A DNA stretch of 38,424 nt from Bacteroidota bacterium (GTDB lineage: Bacteria; Bacteroidota; Bacteroidia; UKL13-3), in the NCBI GenBank assembly GCA_030699355.1, contig JAUYMZ010000407.1, forward strand, positions 1 through 38,424. Direction: 5' to 3'. A model generated the notes under the pieces. The model did no database searches and was not told the origin of the DNA. It saw only the letters and a program-made list of their open reading frames with translations. Each line of letters starts with the position of its first letter. Positions within the stretch are counted from its first letter, which is position 1. Made by a program: the position numbers and the translations under genes. Shown here piece by piece: positions 20,151 through 28,708 of this stretch.

Positions 20151-20990
20151 ATGAACCATACTTTTAAAGCAAATCAACCCATCGGAATTTTTGATTCTGG
20201 TATTGGTGGACTTACCGTTGCGCGCGCCATAACCAAGTTATTGCCCAATGAGCAAATCATCTATTTTGGTGATACCGCCCACATGCCTTATGGCGAGAAA
20301 AGTGCGGAGGCCATTAAGCATTATTCTATCAAAATTGCAGAGTTTTTGAAGTTTAAAAATTGCAAAATGATTGTAATTGCCTGTAATACTGCCTCTGCTG
20401 CTGCTTATAAATCGGTGGTAAAAAGTACTGGCATGAAAGATTTGGTGGTAAATGTGATAGACCCGGCGGTAGATTATGTAGTAAAAAATCATTACCGACA
20501 AAAAGTGGGGGTTATTGCTACCAAGCGTACCATTAGTTCTAATGTATATGCTAAGCGCATTGAGACTTTAGATCCTGTTTCTGATGTAGTACAATTGGCA
20601 ACACCCTTGTTGGCACCTATGATTGAAGAAGGATTTTATAATAATAAAATCTCGCAAACCATTATTAATAGCTATCTATCTAAATCCAAATTGAGTAAAA
20701 TAGATGCCTTAATATTGGGCTGTACACACTATCCACTTATTAAAGGGGAGATTCAAAAGTTTTATGGTAAATCGGTAGAGGTTATTGATAGCAGCGAGAT
20801 TGTGGCTTTATACGTGAAGCAAGTATTAGAAAAACACCAACTATTGAACGATGCCAAAAGCAGCGTGTTTAGTTTGGGTAAAAAGTCTCAATTTTTTGTA
20901 AGCGATTACACCCAAAGCTTCGAAGAAACTAGCAAGATTTTCTTCGACGAAAAAGTGAAGTTGAAACAGTTTAATATTTGGGAGGAGTAG
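20151..20990 (+). CDS. murI: Glutamate racemase
   Basis: IGIFDSGIGGLTV, PYGEKS, IACNTAS and LGCTHYP. Confidence 0.96.
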   Translation: MNHTFKANQPIGIFDSGIGGLTVARAITKLLPNEQIIYFGDTAHMPYGEKSAEAIKHYSIKIAEFLKFKNCKMIVIACNTASAAAYKSVVKSTGMKDLVVNVIDPAVDYVVKNHYRQKVGVIATKRTISSNVYAKRIETLDPVSDVVQLATPLLAPMIEEGFYNNKISQTIINSYLSKSKLSKIDALILGCTHYPLIKGEIQKFYGKSVEVIDSSEIVALYVKQVLEKHQLLNDAKSSVFSLGKKSQFFVSDYTQSFEETSKIFFDEKVKLKQFNIWEE

Positions 20991-21008
20991 GTTTTTGGAT
21001 TGTTGCTA

Positions 21009-21677
21009 ATGAGAAATTTTACATCCATATTTATAGGACTACTTGGAATATTTATTTCATGTGGAGATTCCTCTTCCTCTACAGGATGCGGTACGGATTT
21101 TTTTTCGAATGAATACTCTGTTGGTTCTATTGATTTAGATTCAGTCACTAATCATTGGATGCTTCCTAAAAACATGAGTTCATTGTTGTTTAAAAATTCT
21201 AATGGTGGTGAATTTAGATTTGATGTTAAGAATTTTGGCCCTTTTAATAAACGTTATAATTTGTTTTTAAATCAAAAAGTAACTGGTCCTTGCGTAAGAA
21301 AGGATTATGTTTATGTAAATTCTACCTATAAATCATCACAAATTGGGAGTATTGATGTTCCTTTTATAATTAATATTGAGCAGCTAAAAAATATTGATGA
21401 AAGACGATTTACAGATACCCTCGATCTTTCCTTGGCCAAGATAAAAAGAATATCCGATCGGATTAAAGTACGAATTGGATATAGCGAGGCATTTTTCAAA
21501 ATACCAGATTCAAGCAGCTACTTAATTCCTAGTTTGCAATTAGTTGATTCTATATATTCCAATGTTTATGCAGTGCCAACAGAATTAAATATGGGCTTAG
21601 ATTATGTTTACTTTCAACGTGATTATGGTATTTTAGGGTTTAAATTTTCAACGAATGAAATATGGGTTCGAAAATAA
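21009..21677 (+). CDS. Hypothetical lipoprotein
   Basis: MRNF, a hydrophobic stretch and the IFISC lipobox; AT-rich; no family recognised. Confidence 0.7.
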   Translation: MRNFTSIFIGLLGIFISCGDSSSSTGCGTDFFSNEYSVGSIDLDSVTNHWMLPKNMSSLLFKNSNGGEFRFDVKNFGPFNKRYNLFLNQKVTGPCVRKDYVYVNSTYKSSQIGSIDVPFIINIEQLKNIDERRFTDTLDLSLAKIKRISDRIKVRIGYSEAFFKIPDSSSYLIPSLQLVDSIYSNVYAVPTELNMGLDYVYFQRDYGILGFKFSTNEIWVRK

Positions 21678-22306
21678 TTTACTTATGTATTTTGGTGCCT
21701 TTCTTTTTTGTTTCTTGCGGTTGTCCAGAAGAGGACGATATTATTTCTACACGCACTAGCGAACAAAAAGTTTGGCTTTCAGAGGCGCCAAACGATACCT
21801 CAATTATTTATGTGAAATCATCCAATGGACTTTCAGATATTTTTATTATTTATTTTGGAAAAACCGAAAGAAAGGATAAAACTGGAAATACTTGTTCAGC
21901 TCAAGAGGTAACTGAAAAGATTCACTTAGAATATTTTTCAGGCATTGCTGGATACTATTTTTACTTTGATATTTTTCGAAATAATAATTCTTATGTTCTA
22001 AACACAGAGGTAAAGTTGGGAGGGAGTATAAGTAGTTTTTCGTCTAGAATTATGGTGGATATTGATAATCCAAATAATATAAAAAGTGCTTTTTTTTACC
22101 CTTATTCCTCCAATATTGATAAAGGGTATTTATTTTATGGAGATTCTGTAATTAATGGAAAATCATATTCAGATTTATATATAATGAATTTACCCTATAA
22201 CGAAGAGGTGAAACCATTAACTATTACTCAATTTATTATTTCAAAAAGGAAAGGGTTAGTGGCTTATAAAACTAAGAATGGAGCGGATTGGTATTTAGAA
22301 CTTTAA
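21662..22306 (+). CDS. Hypothetical lipoprotein (divergent paralog of the upstream gene)
   Basis: Lipobox FFVSC; shares xSNG and C-terminal G[IL]xxxK...W motifs with its neighbour. Confidence 0.7.
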   Translation: MGSKIIYLCILVPFFFVSCGCPEEDDIISTRTSEQKVWLSEAPNDTSIIYVKSSNGLSDIFIIYFGKTERKDKTGNTCSAQEVTEKIHLEYFSGIAGYYFYFDIFRNNNSYVLNTEVKLGGSISSFSSRIMVDIDNPNNIKSAFFYPYSSNIDKGYLFYGDSVINGKSYSDLYIMNLPYNEEVKPLTITQFIISKRKGLVAYKTKNGADWYLEL

Positions 22307-22316
22307 TTGTCTTTTT

Positions 22317-24311
22317 TCAAAAGGATTGTTTCCCATAAAACCGATGCATACTTATGATGTGCGGGATGCTGAGGCAAGATAACAGGATGAAAAAGATACC
22401 TAGGTAAATTTCTTGGTAATAGCTTGTAAATAGGGCTATAATTATAGCACCACCTAGGCTAAAGGGCAGTGATTGAAGCCATAGGATTTTTGGTTTTATG
22501 TGGAGTTCTTGTTTTAAATGACTCCAACCATGTAAGCTGTGCTGAAATATAAAGTAAATTCCAAAAGTGATAAGCAAGGGTAAAAAACTAGCCAACAAAA
22601 GATAGCTTAAGGTTAATGCCATTTGCTTTGATTTATACAAATAGATATAGGCTGAACCTATTCCTATAAAAGCGGTTTTGATGATCCATAGGCCGCTTGC
22701 TGATACCTCTGCTAATACCTCATTTGTTTTTAATAAGCTAATATGTTTTAATATCATCTTGGTTTCTTCGAAGTGGCCTGTTAGCATCACCATTAAAATG
22801 GTAAAACCCCACAGAAATGTTTGGGTCGACCCAACCAACCCCCATTCTTTAAAATCTGCTTGTCCGAAATGCCACGCCGAATAAAAGATAAATAGGAGTA
22901 GGGCAAAGTCGGGAATAAGGTACCAAAGCACACCAATGCCCGCTGCTTTAGATAAATACTTTATAATAAATGGCAATAGAAAGTACTTGCTTGCTGGTTT
23001 TTTGCTGGTAAGATGATCGAGGGCACCGTGGGTTAAACCAATAAACAAAAAGCCAAGCGCTAAGATACCCCAACTTAATATTTCGAAATGGAGTGCTTGT
23101 AGGAGGATGGCCAAGCAGGTGGCGATGCTTGCTATGCTTACCGGAGCTATTTTCCTGGCTAAGAAAGCAATATCTTTAAGGGCAAATTGTAAGAACAGCA
23201 AGATGGGTAAACGACAAAATATTTTTAATTCTTGCGCCATTGTGGTTCTCTCGTTTAAAAAGGATAATACCCTTTTAGTTTCTATGGCAGTAAATAATTG
23301 GGTAAAAATTACCTTTCCTTTTTCTGGTTTTAATTCTAATATTTTTAAAAGCAATCTATCGTAAAAGGCAAATCTTTTTGCTTTGGGTTTTTCGGCCAAA
23401 GGCTGATTTTGGGCAATGGATTGGCTTAACTCGTTTGCATGAATGGCCATTGCGTGAAAGGCGTAGCCTGTAGTTGGTTTAATTAAATTGGCTTTAGCGC
23501 CAGTGAATATCCAATTAGGGTGAATTTGTTTATGGGTAAGGCTGGCCGACGACATAGGAATAATGCCTTTTTCTGATTCTATAACGCGGTAGGATAAACC
23601 TTTTTTTTGGAGTTGCTCTTTTAAAATTAACTCGGCTTGTGCTTGGGTAATAGGTTCAGACCCAAAACAAGTTACCTCAAACAATGCGTGATTTTTGGAG
23701 AAAGGCAGCACATACAAAAATTGGCAACTGTTGTTTTGCGGGATATCAAAATCCATCATTGTAACGGCTTTGTTATCTATTTCTCCCGCTATAATTTCTA
23801 CTTCCAAACCATAGAAGGATTGGTATAAATGACTTTCGTTTTTTTGTGGCGCTTGGTACTTTGTTAGGCTGCTATCAAATACTTTTTTGGCAATGATGCT
23901 TGTGTTATCCAAAGTGAGTTGGAACGAGTTATCAATCACTTCTAATTTACCATCAAAAGAGGTTTCAAAATAGGTATGATTAATTTGAGGTAAAACAGAT
24001 TTAACCTCATTGTAAACATCAATACCTCTTATGTGTAAATAGCTCAAAGGAGAAATGGTTTCAAGGTTTTTACCAACCCTAATTTCATCCCATTGATACT
24101 TTACTAAGTGTTGAAGATTTAGTTTTTCGAGTTCATATTTATCCGACCAAAAGCAGAATGTTCTGTCGTTTACGTTTTTCTTTTGGGGTTCTATGATGGC
24201 TATTTGTTTATGGGCAAATAGATTTTTCTTAAACATGTTTAATAGCAACAAGCTATTGGCTGCTCCCAATCCAATGAATAGGTAATCAACTTTGTATAAC
24301 TTGTTTGCCAT
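22317..24311 (-). CDS. crtY-blh: Fused lycopene beta-cyclase (CrtY) / Brp-Blh beta-carotene 15,15'-dioxygenase
   Basis: aa 1-~380: GLGAA Rossmann motif, DRTFCFW, MMDF, FLYVLPFS..ALFE, EKGIIPM, KPTTGYAF and RFAFYDRLLL. aa ~390-664: polytopic, with GLTHGALDH, SAWHFGQAD, QHS and LSIPH. Single open frame. Confidence 0.9.
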   Translation of the reverse strand: MANKLYKVDYLFIGLGAANSLLLLNMFKKNLFAHKQIAIIEPQKKNVNDRTFCFWSDKYELEKLNLQHLVKYQWDEIRVGKNLETISPLSYLHIRGIDVYNEVKSVLPQINHTYFETSFDGKLEVIDNSFQLTLDNTSIIAKKVFDSSLTKYQAPQKNESHLYQSFYGLEVEIIAGEIDNKAVTMMDFDIPQNNSCQFLYVLPFSKNHALFEVTCFGSEPITQAQAELILKEQLQKKGLSYRVIESEKGIIPMSSASLTHKQIHPNWIFTGAKANLIKPTTGYAFHAMAIHANELSQSIAQNQPLAEKPKAKRFAFYDRLLLKILELKPEKGKVIFTQLFTAIETKRVLSFLNERTTMAQELKIFCRLPILLFLQFALKDIAFLARKIAPVSIASIATCLAILLQALHFEILSWGILALGFLFIGLTHGALDHLTSKKPASKYFLLPFIIKYLSKAAGIGVLWYLIPDFALLLFIFYSAWHFGQADFKEWGLVGSTQTFLWGFTILMVMLTGHFEETKMILKHISLLKTNEVLAEVSASGLWIIKTAFIGIGSAYIYLYKSKQMALTLSYLLLASFLPLLITFGIYFIFQHSLHGWSHLKQELHIKPKILWLQSLPFSLGGAIIIALFTSYYQEIYLGIFFILLSCLSIPHIISMHRFYGKQSF

Positions 24312-24325
24312 GTTTTAGGTAATAA

Positions 24326-24359
24326 AATAGGGATATACTTGTGAAAATATATCCCTATT
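24326..24359 (-). terminator. Hairpin between the rhodopsin gene and crtY-blh
   Basis: 12-bp perfect inverted repeat AATAGGGATATA / TATATCCCTATT with a 10-nt loop and a U-rich tail on the minus strand. Confidence 0.6.
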
Positions 24360-24373
24360 CATATTTGTAAAAA

Positions 24374-25093
24374 TTAGTCCTCAGCGTTTCTACTTAAAGT
24401 GTAAATAACTAAACCAAAACCAATTTTGTTGATGGCATCAGCGATGTTGTATACGATGTCCATAGCATGAGTTGCTGCGGCAGGGTCGCTTACCAATTGA
24501 ATACCGAATAATCCACCTGGGGTTCCAAGGATATAACCTAAAGGATAAATAGCCCAACCAACCAATACGAACCAAGCCAATACTCTTGTAGCTTTTGCTA
24601 CTTGTACGCCAGCTGATTGAGATAGTTTTGCAACTTCACCAAACCAGATTAAGTAAACGATGTAGAAATAAGCGGCACCTGAGATAACACCCCAGAGAAC
24701 ACTGTTTTCTCTGTCGATAGTTTCACCAAAATAACCTGTTACCAACATCACTAAAGAAGCGGCGATAAGTTTCCACAATAATCCAATTTTAGCGCCGGCT
24801 TTCTTGGTAATTAAGTAGAATTCAACACACATCAAAGGTACAGTAAGAATCCAATCTACGTATCTAAAGAATGTTGGCGAATCGCCCGTTGCGAGGTTGT
24901 AGCCTCTCATGTAATAGTAATGTACAGCAGCAATAAAGGTAATTAAACCTGATACTAAAACTGAAGTACGCCATTTTTGAGGAGTGTTACCTAGCTCAAA
25001 AAAGAAGAAAACAGACGCGGCCATCATGGCCATTGTTCCGATAAAAAATGTGAATGCCACATAATTATCGCTAGCGATTTTTAAATGTTCCAT
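24374..25093 (-). CDS. Proteorhodopsin (DTE proton pump, Met at the spectral-tuning site, so green-absorbing type)
   Basis: 7-TM protein. RYVDWILTVPLMCVE gives R77, D80, T84, M88 and E91; also H58 and helix G DAINKIGFG (D219, retinal-binding K223). Confidence 0.96.
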   Translation of the reverse strand: MEHLKIASDNYVAFTFFIGTMAMMAASVFFFFELGNTPQKWRTSVLVSGLITFIAAVHYYYMRGYNLATGDSPTFFRYVDWILTVPLMCVEFYLITKKAGAKIGLLWKLIAASLVMLVTGYFGETIDRENSVLWGVISGAAYFYIVYLIWFGEVAKLSQSAGVQVAKATRVLAWFVLVGWAIYPLGYILGTPGGLFGIQLVSDPAAATHAMDIVYNIADAINKIGFGLVIYTLSRNAED

Positions 25094-25310
25094 TTGTGTT
25101 TTGTTTAATTTTTGTCAATAAAAGTTCAACAAAACCTGTTTTCAAATTGTTTTAATTTTTTTAAAATTAATTTGGATAAATCTTATAAAATGCCTATTAA
25201 ATCTCACTTTTTGACTCAAAAAAAATATTTTAACATTGAAAATCAAATATTTAAAATTCTTTTATTTGTATACTTTTCGCGTAAATATGACACAGCGTTC
25301 AACTGGGATT

Positions 25311-26774
25311 TCACTTAAAGCACAAGTTTTGCAATTGAGTGAAGGTTTGAGAATCGGCGAGGTTATATGATTTCCAGGAGTAATTTTTCTTTTCGTCGCT
25401 TAAAACATGGTAAAAAATTTGGGCTTCTAAGCGGCACATTTCTGCGCTTTCACCACTAGATTTATTGGTTTCATACCAATAGGAGGCAAGAGCGGGGTAG
25501 GCCGAGTAAGATAATTTGTAGAGATATTTGGTATCGGCTATTTTATTGGTTTGAAGCGAATAATTGATGTGATGTTGGGCAATGTGTTTGTCCCAATTTA
25601 TGGTGCTGGCGCCTATCAAAAGTGTATACCAAATAAAAGAATTGGTTCGAACCAAAAAGTAGTTGCTGCGTTGGTATTGAATTTTATAAAATGTAAGGAA
25701 TAAACCAATGATTGAGCAGGCCAGAAAAAAGTAAACACCAATGCGTTTGTAGGTATATAATTCTGTTTCGTGGATGTACAAATAGTTTCTGTAAGCAGCG
25801 GTTAAAATTAACCAGACATTTAGGGCAATCCAAATATAGCTGAGTGTTTTTGTATGCGAATTTTGGTTAAAATTTTGGCTGCCTCTAAATACCCACAAGA
25901 TAATGGAAACGGCAAGAATGATAGACCAAATGAGCGCGTCTACACCTTGGTGAACATATTCAGAATAGCTAAGTCCTTGAGGCATTATTTGATTGGATAG
26001 GTGGTAGGTATCTATTAGGTTTACGAGCAGCAATAATAGGTTCAAGCCGAAAAATATTATTTTGGCCATAAATTGTTCGGTTGTTTCTGTTATGGCAATT
26101 CCAAGAATAGCGTAAGATTTGTATGCTGATTTAGCCAGATAATTTCCCAATTTTGATTCGCTTTGGGCAAGTTTGTTTAGGATATAAGGTTTGAAAAAAG
26201 TACTTAGTAGAAAAACGCCAAATAGGTAGTGAATGATAAGGGGTAGGGAGATAAATTCTGTGTTTAAATTTTTAATGAATTGGTCGAAGCCTGCGCTCAT
26301 ATTTCTATATATGGCAAAGAAAATTATAAAAATGAGGGCACTAAAAATTCCAGCAAATTTGTAATTGATATTTTTCTCGGTAGGTATTTCATCTTGGTTT
26401 GTTTGTTGGGCTGTTTTATTAAACATGGCAATAAATTTTATGAAAGGTGTGCTAATCCAAGCATACAATGCATGCAGCAGATTGCTGATTAAATTTTGAT
26501 TTTCTACCACAAGGTTGATGGAGAGCATAAGCAGGGCAGTAATGTTGGCAAGTATGGATAAAAAGTGCCCGTGGAGGAGCGCGGCTGTGGAAGAGAGCAG
26601 GGCGGCAGCACTAAAAATTAGATTGGATTTAAGGAGCATTTTTTGCGGATGAATCCAGCATTGGAGGCCAATGAGGATGATATTTAAAAGCAAAATGTTT
26701 ACCCCAATTCCTTCTTGGTAAATTAAAAATGTGTAGGCTATGCCTGCTGCTAAACTGATTTTGTTGGTTTTCAT
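25311..26774 (-). CDS. DUF4173/DUF4153-family polytopic membrane protein
   Basis: YSEYVHQGV, RNYLYI, TYKRIGV and YLYKLS motifs. ATG 26774 is preferred because 26810 lies inside the operator. Confidence 0.8.
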   Translation of the reverse strand: MKTNKISLAAGIAYTFLIYQEGIGVNILLLNIILIGLQCWIHPQKMLLKSNLIFSAAALLSSTAALLHGHFLSILANITALLMLSINLVVENQNLISNLLHALYAWISTPFIKFIAMFNKTAQQTNQDEIPTEKNINYKFAGIFSALIFIIFFAIYRNMSAGFDQFIKNLNTEFISLPLIIHYLFGVFLLSTFFKPYILNKLAQSESKLGNYLAKSAYKSYAILGIAITETTEQFMAKIIFFGLNLLLLLVNLIDTYHLSNQIMPQGLSYSEYVHQGVDALIWSIILAVSIILWVFRGSQNFNQNSHTKTLSYIWIALNVWLILTAAYRNYLYIHETELYTYKRIGVYFFLACSIIGLFLTFYKIQYQRSNYFLVRTNSFIWYTLLIGASTINWDKHIAQHHINYSLQTNKIADTKYLYKLSYSAYPALASYWYETNKSSGESAEMCRLEAQIFYHVLSDEKKNYSWKSYNLADSQTFTQLQNLCFK

Positions 26775-26790
26775 TTTTTTTGTATTATTT

Positions 26791-26813
26791 AAAAGTGCTT
26801 TGAGTTTCAAAGT
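26791..26813. promoter_or_regulatory. Palindromic operator upstream of the DUF4173 gene
   Basis: AAAAGTG-CTTTG-AGTTT-CAAAG; a second copy lies at 27787-27808. Confidence 0.7.
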
Positions 26814-26834
26814 AAATGGGTAAAAAAATATAGT

Positions 26835-27134
26835 TTATGATTTCAGTAATTTTTCGAGGGCATTTAGGTGAACTTTAAATTCGGCCTTACCCAGTTTGCT
26901 TGCCTCAAAAACGGTATGTGGTTTTTTGCCAATAAAGTTTTTATGAACCAGCACATATTCGAGTTTTTCGAGGGCACTAATATGACTGGCTAAATTGCCA
27001 TCTGTAAGATTTAGAAGCTCTTTCATGGTATTAAAATCTACCTGGTCGTTTACCATTAGCACCGACATGATTCCGAGGCGAATTCGGCTTTCGAAGGCCT
27101 TATTTAATTGCGCTATGTTAAAAGAATTTGCCAA
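26835..27134 (-). CDS. Winged-helix transcriptional regulator (ArsR/MarR-like, HTH_34 type)
   Basis: LNKAFESRIRLGIMSVL, LTDGNLASH, K.FIGKKP and HLNALE. The probable TTG start at 27134 avoids overlap with the upstream gene. Confidence 0.88.
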   Translation of the reverse strand: MANSFNIAQLNKAFESRIRLGIMSVLMVNDQVDFNTMKELLNLTDGNLASHISALEKLEYVLVHKNFIGKKPHTVFEASKLGKAEFKVHLNALEKLLKS

Positions 27135-27142
27135 AATACTGC

Positions 27143-27784
27143 TTATTTTTTTTCGAAAGTAAAATAGGCGATGGTGCCATAAATAATATGAACTAAACCA
27201 AAACCCAATGCCCAAAATAGGAGTCCGTGGTTTATAAAAACAGCGGCAAGTAAGCCAAGGCTAATCTGAACCAAACCCAGGTATTTAATATGCTCAAAAG
27301 TATATTTACTGGCATTTACAAGAGCTAGTCCGTAAAACACCAAAGTAGCAGGAGCCACCATTCCGGTATATCCTTGAACTACCATAATAAGGCAAAACAT
27401 ACCGCCTGTTGCCAAGGGAATAGCCATATTGTACATGAGTTGTTTACCAGAGTTTGTCCAAACTTTTTCGCCCGCTTTTCTTGCTTTTTTAACAGTGAGG
27501 TAAGTTGAGGTAAAAAGCGATAATACCAAAACCGATAAGGCGTCTATTAAGAAGAAGGTAACAAAGGGCATATTCATTTCTCCTTTTTCGTTTTTAGCAT
27601 ATTCAAAGTAGGGCAAATTGCCATGTTTGGTTTGTAAATAAAGATAGGCAGCTGCTGCACCCGCCAATGCAAATAATCCAACAAAAACACCCGACAGGCC
27701 ATTTAATGATAAAAAACGAGATGAGCGTTCCATCATTTTGCGGATGTCGTGGAGGGCTTCTAATTGTTCTTCGGTATTCGACAT
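27143..27784 (-). CDS. Conserved hypothetical membrane protein (partner of the wHTH regulator)
   Basis: IRKMMERSSRFLSLNGLSG, FYGLALVNASKYT and WALGFGLVHIIYG; about 6 TM helices. Confidence 0.82.
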   Translation of the reverse strand: MSNTEEQLEALHDIRKMMERSSRFLSLNGLSGVFVGLFALAGAAAAYLYLQTKHGNLPYFEYAKNEKGEMNMPFVTFFLIDALSVLVLSLFTSTYLTVKKARKAGEKVWTNSGKQLMYNMAIPLATGGMFCLIMVVQGYTGMVAPATLVFYGLALVNASKYTFEHIKYLGLVQISLGLLAAVFINHGLLFWALGFGLVHIIYGTIAYFTFEKK

Positions 27785-27786
27785 AT

Positions 27787-27811
27787 AAAAGTACTTTGAA
27801 CTGCAAAGCTA
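27787..27811. promoter_or_regulatory. Palindromic operator overlapping the -7 promoter element
   Basis: AAAAGTA-CTTTG-AACTG-CAAAG. Minus-strand TAGCTTTG (27804-27811) matches TAnnTTTG. Confidence 0.72.
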
Positions 27812-28085
27812 ACTTTGATTTTTATATTTCCAAATTTTGGTTCAAAATAAATTCATATTAAAAATTGTAAAAGAAAAGGGTAACCCAAACAGCCAATTAA
27901 TTTTTCTTAAATACCGGATTTTATTTAAACCAGCTCTCTATTCTGGGTTTATGTTTTGCAAAGGTTTGATAGTTAGTTTAAAGCAAAAGTAGGTATCAGA
28001 AATGTTTCGTTCTAGAAAGCTGGAATATGCCCTGTTATCTATCTGGCATTTGTACCATACTTGTTCTAAGGTGCTTTATAAAACA

Positions 28086-28145
28086 TTATTTTAGTGGACA
28101 CTTAAAATGCTATGCATGGTTTTATTGAAGTGTCCACTAAAATAA
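28086..28145. repeat. Perfect 18-bp inverted repeat with a 24-bp spacer upstream of ORF6N
   Basis: TTATTTTAGTGGACACTT (28086-28103) / AAGTGTCCACTAAAATAA (28128-28145). Confidence 0.85.
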
Positions 28146-28186
28146 CATCTGTAACATTAAGAATCAATTAATCGAAAAAAATCTAT

Positions 28187-28708
28187 ATGAGTAAAAAGAA
28201 TGAGCTTCTAATTCAAGAGCGAATTACAAAGGCTATTTATGTAATTCGGGGGCAAAAAGTAATGATAGATAGTGAATTGGCTGAAATGTATGAGGTTGAA
28301 ACGAAAGTTTTAAATCAGGCAGTAAAAAGAAATATTTCACGCTTTCCTGAAGATTTTATGTTTCAATTGTCCATAGAAGAATGGGAAAACTTGAGGTCGC
28401 AATTTGCGACCACAAGTTGGGGAGGTAGAAGAACACCTCCATATATGTTCACCGAACAAGGTGTTGCCATGCTTTCATCTGTGCTAAATAGTCAAATAGC
28501 TATTCAAGTAAATATCTCAATTATGCGGGTATTTGTGAATATGCGGCAATGGGCTAGCAATTATGAAGAACTGGTTAAGAAAATTGATGAAATAAACCTA
28601 ACCCAAGGGGAGCATAATGAACATATACGTAATATCTATCAAATTATCGAAGATTTGGTTCAGCCATCATTTACAGAAAGGAAGCCAATTGGATTTAAAA
28701 GAGCATAA
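28187..28708 (+). CDS. ORF6N-domain DNA-binding protein
   Basis: IYVIRGQKVMID..LAEMYEV, LNQAVKRN..RFPEDFMFQL, PYMFTEQGVAMLSSVL and RKPIGF. Confidence 0.92.
   Translation: MSKKNELLIQERITKAIYVIRGQKVMIDSELAEMYEVETKVLNQAVKRNISRFPEDFMFQLSIEEWENLRSQFATTSWGGRRTPPYMFTEQGVAMLSSVLNSQIAIQVNISIMRVFVNMRQWASNYEELVKKIDEINLTQGEHNEHIRNIYQIIEDLVQPSFTERKPIGFKRA

Noticed and set aside
25112-25318. 68-aa ORF upstream of the rhodopsin
   Set aside because: TTG start and low-complexity AT-rich translation lying in the promoter region.
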